Both the position numbers and the translations under genes were made by a program. A stretch of DNA of 64,000 nucleotides from the NCBI RefSeq assembly GCF_006345805.1, contig NC_042998.1, positions 166,408,001 through 166,472,000 of the forward strand, given 5' to 3'. The notes beneath the pieces are model-generated. The model was not told where the DNA came from and did no database searches. It saw nothing but the letters and a program-made list of their open reading frames with translations. Within the stretch, counting starts at the first letter, position 1; each line of letters begins with the position of its first letter. This DNA is from Octopus sinensis (Eukaryota). Shown here in pieces: positions 25,001 to 36,200 of the stretch.

Positions 25001-25371
25001 GGCATTTATATATATATATATTTGCTACTGTTGCTTAGCAAGTACTGCCTGAGTGATACCATACGGCATTCGAAAGCCGTCTGCACTGATCTCAGGTCTC
25101 TATCACCTTTATTTCTTATGTATGTATGTATGTATGTATGTATGTATGTATGTATGTATGTATGTATGTATGTATGTATGTATGTATGTTTGTATGTATG
25201 TATGTGTGTGTGTATTTATTAGGATTTCGCTTAGGCATAGCGATACTAAAAGCCCGTTATTAGAACTGAGTAAAGAACATATTAATTACTGAATGACAAA
25301 GATTATGAATTACATAATCAGCTTCATTAGCTTACAGCTTTTTCTGCTACAAGAGCTGGGTGCTTGTGCAC

Positions 25372-25427
<56 letters not shown>

Positions 25428-25942
25428 CACACACACACACACACACACGCACACACAAACGCACACACACACTCATAATGTTTTATATCAATAGTTTGGT
25501 CAAAATATAATGTTGCAATGTCTAATGGAAGCAGTAATGTGTTGAATACCAAATGTCTGATGGTATTTACGCTCATCCCCTGCATTCTCAGTTCAAATCC
25601 CATGGATGCTCGCGTTGTCTGTTACACCTTAAGGGTGAGGAAATAAGTACCAAACATATACTGTGGTCTCTGATAAATCACTTAATACCTCACTTCTCCC
25701 ATGTTCTGTGAAATCAAATTTATGATGGAATATTGTGACAGAGTATTTTGATAGGATATACACTAGTAAGACAACAAGAGGTAAACTAATACTGTATGAC
25801 CTTTTTTGCCAGCTGGGGTTCTTACGATTTTTAGATCCGGCTCTGAATATGGTGAGCTTTGTCAAAGGTACTCCTATAATCCCGGTTCGACTGAAGCCTC
25901 GTGAGTGGATTTTGTAGACGGTAACTGTGAGAAGCTCGTTGT

Positions 25943-25985
<43 letters not shown>

Positions 25986-26711
25986 ACTGTATGAATGTAT
26001 GTATCTATGTATGTATGTTTTCGTGTTTGTTGCCACGGTGATGTTTTGCATATGTTCCTGCAATTTCGAAGTTTGGCAAAAAGAGACCGATAGAAAAAAT
26101 ACCAGACTTTAAAATAAGTACTTGGGTAAATTTCTTCGACTGAACTCATCAAGGCGGTACTCCAGCATGGCCGCAGTCTAATGACTAAAATAAGTAACAG
26201 TTAAAAGATTACTGTTCGCAAAGTGGCTCTTTGGAAAGGTCTCTATAAACTCTTGCAGTTTTAGGTCTCACGAAGTTACAAAATGACAATTGTAAACTTC
26301 ATATTCCATTAGTCGTTACTACTTAGGAACATTAGAAGCACTTCAGATGTGCCCAGCTGTCCACTTATCTCAGTATAAACAGGAATATAAAGAGGTCAGA
26401 AGATTAGAGTTCAGAATTAGAGGTCATTATCTGTCAACGTATTTTGGTATTATCACCATCATCTTTGTTTTCGTCATATTCGAAATGATGATGATGATGA
26501 TAGCAATAATATTTATAATAATAATAACAACAACAACAAGTGCACTCAGAGAGCGCAAACCTCCGCCAAAGCAGCACCAACGTCCTCTCAACGATTAGCC
26601 AAAAATGATTTTTAAAATGAAAATATCTGAAATGAACTCGACTGCTCTTACAAACGAGAATACTAAAAATGAACCCGACCGCTTTCAAAAATTAAGTTAA
26701 AAAAAAAAACA

Positions 26712-26900
26712 GGAAAAATAATCCAGAATCCTTGTCCGATACTGGATCGATCCCAAAATCTAATAAGTTCGTGCCAGTCACAAGGCCAAACATCCCTGAA
26801 AGCTTCATCCGAATCCATCCAACGGTTCTTGAGATATCTTGTCCACAGTCAAACAAACAAACACGACTGAAAACAATACCTCCTCCTTAGCGAAGGCGGA

Positions 26901-26904
<4 letters not shown>
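26712..26904 (+). mobile_element. Probable non-autonomous Helitron/Helentron-type element with a terminal hairpin
   Basis: tccatccaacggttcttgagatatc...(aaac)n..., with the terminal hairpin tacctcc-tcctt-agcg-aaggc-ggaggta (26877-26904). Confidence 0.45.
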
Positions 26905-26931
<27 letters not shown>

Positions 26932-27149
26932 TAATAATAATGAAGATGATGATTATAATGATGATGAGGTTGATGATGAGAACGACGATAATAATGATTT
27001 CTTTATTAACCACATGAGTTTATATTAAGAAAAACGTTACGAACAAAACAAAGAATGTATGCGTGCGTGTGTGTGTGTGTGTGTGTGTATGTGTGTGTGT
27101 ATGTGTGTGTGTGTGTGTGTGTGTATGTGTGTGTGTGTGCGTGTGTTTG

Positions 27150-30100
27150 AGGGTTTTGCGTGTAAACAAGACTAACAAAAATTCTTAAAAATCAACAATG
27201 TGTGATCCTTAACAGAGAGATGTTCGAAGGATGCTCATGGAAAAAACCCCATAAAAAATACCATGGGTACCCTGACTTTGGGGGCAGATATCTTTTTCCT
27301 TTTACAGGCGTAAACTCGCAGCATTCTCGCCACTTTCACCCACCTTTCAGCAAACTGGCTTGAAGACAACGCTTTACCCTTATTTTTCTTTTCAAGTGAA
27401 ACTTGAAGTTCACCAGAGATTGACCAAAAAGAAAACTGTCTGTCTTTAGCCCCTTCAATCTCGTCCACCAGGCATATAAACACAGCATTTCCTTCCGGTT
27501 TAAAGGAAAGCAGCAGGGTGATCTTCACGATGGATTCACTTGACAGCCGGATCCGTCCCACACGTGACAACAGGTGTTCGATATAAACTCACAGATCAGC
27601 AATGCTCGGGCACTGAATGAGTGCATACAGAACTGTCTCGTCATCCTGTGCGCATCTCGGACATGCTCGGCTGACGGCACTTCCGTGCCTGTAAAGTTTA
27701 TCTCGAATAAGCAAAGCTCGCCGGTAACAATGTCAGGCCAGAGATTTTGGAAATTATCCATCAATCCCGGCTCAAAAGTTTGAAAAAGAGCAACTAGCTG
27801 ATCTTCATCGACGCCCAAGTTCTTTCCAAAAACATCATCGCACTTTTCGTCCACTAATCCTCTATAAAAAGCTAAAGTGGACATTCCGCCTATCGCATTG
27901 TCCGATTGCCTGTGGGCTGTGAGAGCTTGAAGACATTCCACTTTCCAAATGCTCTACCCCGATCTCTGTTTCATCCAGGACTACAGCTCCGTTAAAGAAA
28001 CTTGCTGCGGAAATATGTGTCTGGTGAATGGCGACCACACCTGTTCACCGTCAAGAAAGCACTGGAGATATCGTAGCCTCAGTGTATGTCTGCGCATCAT
28101 CAACCACAGCATGCCCAGGCCACCATGTAGCGGGTGCTGACAGCAGATACACCGCCTGACCATTGGGACGCGTCCCTTCCACAAGAAGCGGAAGTGTAAT
28201 ACGCCCCAGTGTAACCAGTCGGTGGCTAGGACAAGGCACGACGGTCAAGCGATAGTAGGTAACGGACGCGATATATGCGTTAGCTACCTCTGCCCGACCT
28301 TTCGGGGATAGCTTTCTCTTGGTCCATTTCTATGTGAGAGCAGTCATCCTGTTCGTTGCCTCGTCCCAGTTTTTGTCCATCTGGAGGTCCGGATCGAACC
28401 AGACTCCAAGTAATTTAACCTGTCCATCCGTCCAGCGCCCAACGACGCAGTTAGACGGCATGGACTTACTTCTCCAGGTGTCGAGCCGCAATCCCATCGT
28501 AATTTTTCCAAGTTAATCGTCGCTTCTGAAACCGCCTCGCAGTCCCTGAGAGCGGTGCCGATCGTTTCTATGTGTATATTATACGACACCACTACCGTGA
28601 GCCGTCGGCATATGCCGACACGCATCTCCCACATCTTAGGTTACGCGAGATACTTCTCAGCGCCTCCAGTTTGTGTAGTAGTGGCTTGAGAGTCAGAACG
28701 TACGAGAGATACGAGAGGAAACATCCTTGCCTGACCGAGAGCATGATGTTGAATGACTCTGAGAGGTGACCATTCACTCTGACCACTGAACAGATGTCGT
28801 TGTGTATTGCAACGACCCAGCCCCTGAATACAGGACCAAAACCTTGAGGACCGCCGCCAGGTATAAACGGTCAATCCTATCGAAAGCTTTAGACTGATCT
28901 ATATTGATCAGGGCCCCACCCAGGTTCTTTAACCACTTTCTCAATGATGTATCACATGTGGTGGAGGTTGTCGTGATTGGATCTTTTCGGGATGGCACGT
29001 GTCTCTGCCTCCCCTACTAGACCCCCGACGGCAAGCGCCAACCTCGTAGCTTACATCTTGGCCAAAATTTTGAACTCTGCATTCAGCAGAGTAATGGATC
29101 TAAAGTTGTCAATACAATTCCCCTTGTTCGGGTCTTTTCTCATCAACGCCACCCCTCCTCAGCTCACAAAACTGGGAATTCTCCCCATTTTGTTGCCAGT
29201 TGCAGTAAACGTTTGCTAAGAGGTCGCCGAACAAGTCTGGCATGTAAGCATAAAGCTCATTGGACAGACCATCCAAACCAGGAAATTTACCCCTCGTGCA
29301 GCTAGCCATTGCTTCTGGTATTTCAAAAGTTGTTATCAGCCTTTCGCAACGCTCCGCTTCCGTCGCCGAGAGCCGCTGTAGCCCGTCGAGGCAGGACGTG
29401 AAATCTATCATCGTGTGACCGCTGCTCCCGAACAGTCGAGTGAAACACCGGTGAAAGGCCGCACATATTTGTCCCAGATCAGTTATCATTTACCCTTCGT
29501 GGTCCGCAAAAGATCGTAGATTTATTGTCATACCGTGTCTCTGTCACTCGGGCCCATTGAACGGCTTTCGTCCCTTCGTATCTAAGTTCTCACGCCTTAA
29601 CGCTGACAACACAACCTTCGTGTTTTGCATTGAAGAATTGGTCGAGTACCAATCTCACTGCAAGCACGTCGGTCGTGATGCCTTTTCTAAAAGCCTCGTC
29701 TAACTTCTTGACTAGCTCTGTCTCTACTCTATTTCTTTCTACTGCTAGTCCTTTTCTAAACATTATCGATTCTATTCTAATCGCCTTTTTCAGGGCGAAC
29801 CACCATTTATTGTTGATTATTGTCTCTGTCAACGCCCTCTTAACTAGTTCACTAATCCAGTCTCTGAAATCTTTACGCGCCGGCAACGACGAGTTCAGCT
29901 TGCAGTAACCAGGTCCCTGTCTATGAAACAGTACAGATCACGAATTTGTGTAGTTGATTACTTTAAACTGTGGACAACCTATGTTGTCCTTATCTGCTAC
30001 TCTATAGAATACCCTATCTAGATACGATCTGCATGATCCGATGCGGTTTGACTAAGTCCACACTGGCACATTCTGAAAATCCAGTCGATACATGTCAGAC

Positions 30101-30215
30101 AGTTTAAGTAGGTTTACGACGATTTTTCACCCTCCTCTCCTATTTGTTAAATCTACAAAGACCCACCTTACATCTAAAACTCCATTTGAATCCCCCAATA
30201 AAATAATAAAAATGA
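27150..30215 (-). mobile_element. Decayed L1/Tx1-type non-LTR retrotransposon ORF2 (5'-truncated APE, RT, C-terminal zinc knuckle)
   Basis: Motifs occur in the expected order across frameshifts: LLGDSNGVLD (APE), GPGYCKLNSSL, PGLDGL, FRSITLLNAEFKILAK, IDQSKAFDRI, SVRQGC, SAYAD and CPRC..ET (zf-RVT-like). There are many stops and frameshifts. Confidence 0.9.
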
Positions 30216-30239
30216 TTGAAGGGATTTAATTGCGGCACA

Positions 30240-30735
30240 GGGTCAAAACCACCCAACAATAAATCACCCCAAACACATAATGAATAAAAATACAATAAGC
30301 AGAATATGTGATGATAGGGAAGAAACAATGAATTTTATTGTCTCTGGTTGCCCGGTCTTGCCCAAGAAGAAATACATCCAGAGACATGACAGAGTTGAGA
30401 CTTTTATACTCTAGAAGCTATGCCAGTACTAAGAGGTGACAGCAGGAAAAAGATGGTATAGGTATATCCCAGAAAAGGTCTCAGAAAATAACAAAGCAAC
30501 CAGACCCTGAGATATGCAATACACACAGATAGAAAGATAATGTGCCGGATATTGTCAGGGGTGACCGAGAAATAGGCCAGATATTGTTGTCAGGTGCGAT
30601 CGAGAAAGAAAATGCCTTCTAATCGACGTATCAGTCCCAAGAGATGACAATGTATTTCTAAAAGAAACCAGGAATCTATAAATAGAGATAACACGGGATC
30701 TAGAAATAGAGACAACCCGAATGTGAAGTCTAAGA
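30240..30735 (+). mobile_element. Dong/R4-type (REL endonuclease) retrotransposon fragment, CCHC + REL region
   Basis: Degenerate translation RICDDREETMNFIVSGCPVL.KKKYIQRHD...RPDIVVRCD..KCLLIDVSVPRDDN...DLEIETTR. Confidence 0.8.
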
Positions 30736-30756
30736 TTTATAAGTCTAAAACCATCT

Positions 30757-31050
30757 TTAGCGCATATTCCATCTGTGTACAAAATTTCAAGAAAATCGGT
30801 TGAAAACTTTAAACGTTATCGCAGAAAATAACATTCATATGAGAATTTGCATTGAAATGGTCTAATAATTTTTGAAAAATCGATGCTAATTAAAAAATTA
30901 TCGATTTTTTGGAAATTCCAACTGCGTAAGTGACTGCATGGGCATAAGCCCCCACACGTGTCAAGTTTCATCAAGATCGGTTGGATAGTCTCGGAGAAGT
31001 TAAAGTAACAAATTCACAAACACACGTAGCTATAAACAGAGAGAAATTGC
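30757..31050 (+). mobile_element. Probable Helentron/DINE-like non-autonomous fragment
   Basis: Repeated aaatttcaagaaaatcggttg / aagtttcatcaagatcggttg motifs, followed by a microsatellite-rich end. Confidence 0.4.
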
Positions 31051-31091
31051 CATTTATGTATACACACACACACACACACACACGCACACAC

Positions 31092-31185
<94 letters not shown>

Positions 31186-31254
31186 ATATATATTATATAT
31201 ACGCACATACATACTCTCTTATTCACAGACGCACCTTCGTGTTGGGGGTCATCT

Positions 31255-31500
31255 TTACTTTGTTATCTCCCCTACTTTCCCACTCGTGCGTGACCTTCTG
31301 TCCGAGTCAGTCGTCATGATAGATCGTTAGCCACTACACACAATTTTTTCTCTCCTTGTTTATTTCTGTGGCCCTTTCTGTCGCAGAGCGTAGGCTCGAA
31401 ACGTAAAATACTTTTTCTATTCCTGAACGTTATACTAATACATCTGTTTGTTTTGTACACCACCTGTCTTCGTCTTTTGTTTTTTTTCGTAAACTCTCCC
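31255..31500 (+). mobile_element. Penelope-like terminal repeat remnant with a degenerate hammerhead-like motif (31374-31408)
   Basis: cttt-ctgtcgc-a-gagc-gtag-gctc-gaaa-cg-ta-aaa. Stem II is perfect and stem I is short. The element ends in (TA)n. Confidence 0.5.
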
Positions 31501-31517
31501 TATATATATATATGTAC

Positions 31518-31571
<54 letters not shown>

Positions 31572-31585
31572 TCACACACACACAT

Positions 31586-31806
31586 AATCGAAGGGGTGCT
31601 TAAAAGTGCCTGGCTTACAGTAAAAGAAAATACAGGAGGATAAATTAATTGTAATTTTATTGAATATATTCCCCTCTCAGATTCACACACTTATTGCAAC
31701 GGTTCTTCAGGTTTCTTAGCTCTGTAAAAGAACTCAGAAAGTTAGGCTTCCAACCAGGCCTTTTACGACACACTTAAACCCAGCAACTTTTCTGCACTGC
31801 CTCATA
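31586..31806 (-). mobile_element. Mariner-derived MITE (same family, reverse orientation)
   Basis: cgaaggggtgcttaaaagtgcctggct ... agcaactttttctgcac. The interior is the reverse complement of the 51158 copy. Confidence 0.7.
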
Positions 31807-32174
31807 TGTAGATATATGTATATATATCTCATAATCCATCCCATCTTGTTTTCGTTTCCTTTTTTTCGTTTTATATAAATGTACATACATATTTGGATAA
31901 CTGCTATATAACAGCTATGATTCGTTACACATGTACGAGTGTATATTCGGGTATGTCTATGTGTGTGAATATAGGAGTGCATGTGTATGCGCGTGTGCAT
32001 AAACTGCGAACAAATACTAACTAAATGTAATTAAATGACAGTCAATTTTGCTGTTGCCTTTCTTATTAAGTTGGCATTGTTGTTTGTAGTCACATTTGCA
32101 ATTATTTTGTCGCTGCACCCCTTATATTTAGCATCAAAATTGTTATAAATAGAAGCACAATTTAGTACCATAAC

Positions 32175-32218
<44 letters not shown>

Positions 32219-32225
32219 TGATGAC

Positions 32226-32265
<40 letters not shown>

Positions 32266-32319
32266 ATTATTATTATGATGATGATGGTGGTGATGATGAT
32301 GTTGATAATAATGATGATG

Positions 32320-32434
<115 letters not shown>

Positions 32435-32753
32435 CATTATTATTATAAGAGTGTTTGAGCAACTAACATACAGTTAGTTGGTAATCAGGCTAATTGGACG
32501 TATAATTTTGTCTCCTTGTCTGCAATCATAGTTGTTGATTAATTAGGGCTCACTTCATAAGTACTTACATGTAGCATGTTAGTTACTGCTTGTGGACTTA
32601 AGTGTCGAGATAGGTCTACATACAGGAATAATTATCGGTAGGTTAGTGGGTAAATGAAATAAGGTAACCTTGAATTATGTCACCATTTCGTCATCGTTTC
32701 TAAATACTACATACATACATACATTCATATATGTATATATATGTATATATATG

Positions 32754-32829
<76 letters not shown>

Positions 32830-32857
32830 TAGAGAGATAGATAGATAGATAGATAGA

Positions 32858-32895
<38 letters not shown>

Positions 32896-32997
32896 GATAG
32901 ATAGATTCAGTTGAATATGGTACTTACGTTAAAGGAACCAGGATTTAGTATTGTATTATCCATATAATTCAAAATGGGGGTGATTACAATCAAATTA

Positions 32998-33212
32998 AGG
33001 TAATGCAGTACGACCGTTTCATGCGACTCCATTTAATTGAACAATGCAAATATTGTATCAGTTTTAAAATGTAGAGCAATCTTCAGCTGCATAAAATTCT
33101 ATATTTCTTTCTTTTTTATGAAACTGAAGATTGCTCTACATTTTAAAACTGATGTAATATTTGCATTGTTCAATTAAATGGAGTCGCATGAAACGATCGT
33201 AATGCATTACCT
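32998..33212. repeat. Fold-back palindrome or MITE: 89-bp arms, 37-bp spacer
   Basis: 32998-33086 is the reverse complement of 33124-33212 with 4 differences, two of which would be G-U pairs in RNA. Confidence 0.92.
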
Positions 33213-33237
33213 CTGGATATCCTTGTTACTTATTTTG

Positions 33238-33290
<53 letters not shown>

Positions 33291-33885
33291 GTATAAAACA
33301 TGCAAAAATATACTTACATAGCTACATTCACCAATACATAGTTACGTACATAAATATACACATATATGCAAACATTCATGGATGCATACATATACGTATA
33401 TACATGCAGACATACAAACACTTACCTACACTCACTTATATATTCATACACATGTAAATATACACATCAATGCACGCATACAGTCATCTGTGCATAAACC
33501 TCAAATAGTCGTTAATTGCTCGAAATGTGGAGTAGATGAACAGCCGACAACTGATGAAGTGTCGTTCTTTATGTTACTTCTCTGGTTTTCCATTTGTTTC
33601 TCTTGATCGCATTCGTATTTCATGTTGTTTTCTTATTTCGTAATTCATGTTGTTTACGTTTAGTGACGTCCTGTACCCATATATGCATATGTGTGTGTCT
33701 GTGTGTACTAAAAAAAATGCCTTTGGCCAAATTTGGACATACGACAGTTTAACATAATAGTAATGATATCTATGTGTTTGTGCGTGTGTGTGTGTGTGTG
33801 TGTGTACGTATAAAAATGCAAACATATTACTACATAGTTACATTCAGATATACATAGTTACATAATTATACATATGTATCCATAC

Positions 33886-33976
33886 ATTCATGGATATATA
33901 CCTATATGTGGATGTATATATATGCACACGTACAAATACTTACCTGCACACATCTACATACACACGTAAATGCATG

Positions 33977-34010
<34 letters not shown>

Positions 34011-34879
34011 CTAACATGTCTCCACTGATATACACATATATATACACAGTACTTTCATACACACACATGCATATATAACATAATTACAAACATATATATT
34101 TCTTTACTACCCACAAGGGGCTAAACATAGAGGGGACAAACAAGGACAGACAAAGGGATTAAGTCGATTACATCGACCCTAGTGCGTAACTGCTACTTAT
34201 TTAATCGACCCCGAAAGGATGAAAGGCAAAGTCGACCTCGGCGGAATTTGAACTCAGAACGTAGCGGCAGACGAAATACGGCTACGCATTTCGCCCGGCG
34301 TGCTAACGTTTCTGCCAGTTCGCATATATGCTGGCTGTCACCTCGAAAACGACTATAGCCATCACTGAGAAATTATCTTATCCTGGATAATAAAGACAAT
34401 GACTATCGGCAATGAGCGTTCCGAAATTTAAAAATCAATAACAGCTTCCACCATATCTTTAAGTGTCTCACCTACAAAACCAAGTACCCCAGAAAGAAGC
34501 TAGCAAAGTACCCGGTTTCACATTGAACCAGATCTTATTTCGGAATTTTCTTTTCCTATTGACATGTCTTATTTCCGGCTCTTCGTTGGCCGTTGACTCT
34601 ATTGAATCCATTTGACCTTTGACAACTTTTGCATTTCGTACGAATTCATGGATATATACCTATATGTGGATGTATATATATGCACACGCACAAATACTTA
34701 CCTGCACACATCTACATACATACGTAAATGCATGCATATATATATATATATATATATATATACTAACATGTTTCCACTGATATACACATATATACACAGT
34801 ACGTTCATACACACACATGCATATATCACATAATTACAAACATATATGCTGGCTGTCACCTTGAAAACGACTATAGCCA
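33886..34879 (+). repeat. About 235-bp direct repeat pair (33886-34361 with a SINE A inserted; 34644-34879 empty), plus an older copy at about 33290-33480
   Basis: The copies are colinear. The SINE at 34098-34322 is flanked by catatat. Confidence 0.88.
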
Positions 34880-34984
34880 CTTGGTAAGTTTGCTGGTTTA
34901 GTCGCCGATGGCCTCACCATTCGATGGGTTGTGCTGGCTTCAATGTTACCAGCAGCACTAACAGAGACCTGACACACGGACATG

Positions 34985-35655
34985 TTACCAGTAGCATACA
35001 TACAGTAGCTGCCCCTCGTTATCGAGTATGGCCATTGCACGAAGCTTAACTGTTACTGGTGCTGTGATCGAATGTCTTGTACAAAATTGGCAACTAAAAC
35101 CTTTACTGGTAATAGCCGGCTGTAGCTGTAACTGGGCTTCATATACCTTTGCATGTCGTTTAAGTCCTCCTGCCGAATTACACTCTCTTCTACATGCCCG
35201 ACAGATATGATTAGTATGGTGTGTTACACCACCACCAGTGGCCAGGTTGTCACTCATCTGTCTCGTTTTATGACTACGAAGATGACTCATGAGTTCAGCT
35301 TTACTGAGGCAGGGTCTTGCACAAACATTGCATGTCAGAATCAAAGGAAGACCCTTCCCTTCTGGAAGTGTAACAGCGATGCTCTTCCTGACATCCCTCC
35401 TTACTTTCTCATGTGCACCTCGAGATTTCTCAAAAGTGGCTGTCCCCTCATGCACAGTCCTTCTCCACCTGCAACGATCAATAGCTATGCCTTCCCATGT
35501 GTCATGAGAGATACAAGCATCTCTTAAGGAAGCCTTCAGCAAGTCCTTATACCTCTTTTTTGGTTTATGTGGAGGTCGTTCTCCTTTAGCTAACTCTCCA
35601 TAAAAGAGTTGTTTTGGCATCCTTGAATCCTTCATTCTGACCAGATGACCACTCC
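34985..35655 (-). mobile_element. RTE-clade LINE 3' end with tandem C2H2-like zinc fingers
   Basis: RWSGHLVRMKDSRMPKQLFYGELAKGERPPHKPKKRYKDLLK is the RTE C-terminal signature. It is followed by CNVC..H..H, CRAC..H..Y and CQFC, and ends MAILDNEG with a tatg-type tail. Confidence 0.88.
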
Positions 35656-35963
35656 ATCATACATACATACATACATACATACATACATACATACATACAT
35701 ACATACATACATACATACATACATGCATACATACATACATACATATTATATATATATATATATAATATATATATATATATTATATATATATAATATTTAT
35801 CTGGATGAATTTATCTTCATCTCTTAATAGGAATTTTCCATAGATTTCTAATGTCTTCCTCAAACGTTATTTACTAATCTTTAAATGGTAAAGGTATGAA
35901 AGTAATATGAAACAGTAATCAATATAAGACTTAATTTATTGAAGAAGTTCAATAAATTTCATT

Positions 35964-36200
35964 AAATAAGTGAAATGAAGCAGATTGGATGTTAAAATGG
36001 ATTATCCATTTATTTCATATTCCCAGACAATTATTTATTTTTATTTTCTTTTAAATTTCTTCTACTGAATCTTACAAATTCGACCTTAATGATGTTCTCT
36101 TTGTCGAAATTTTGGTCCTTTTGTCAGAAACAATTGTCTGGGAATATGAAATAAAAGGATAATCCATTTTAACATCCAACCTGCTTCATTTCATTTATTT
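35964..36200. repeat. Fold-back palindrome: about 69-bp arms, about 99-bp spacer
   Basis: 35964-36032 versus 36132-36200, with about 3 mismatches. Confidence 0.88.

Noticed and set aside
25040-25085. ctgagtga...gaaagccgtc hammerhead look-alike
   Set aside because: The core has an extra base, and stems I and II do not pair.
33485-33560. ctcgaaa...gacaactgatga motif (relative at about 16165-16205; ttgaaga..gaaac at about 112-145)
   Set aside because: These are probably decayed Penelope-like termini, but the boxes are out of order or broken, so no ribozyme fold can be supported.
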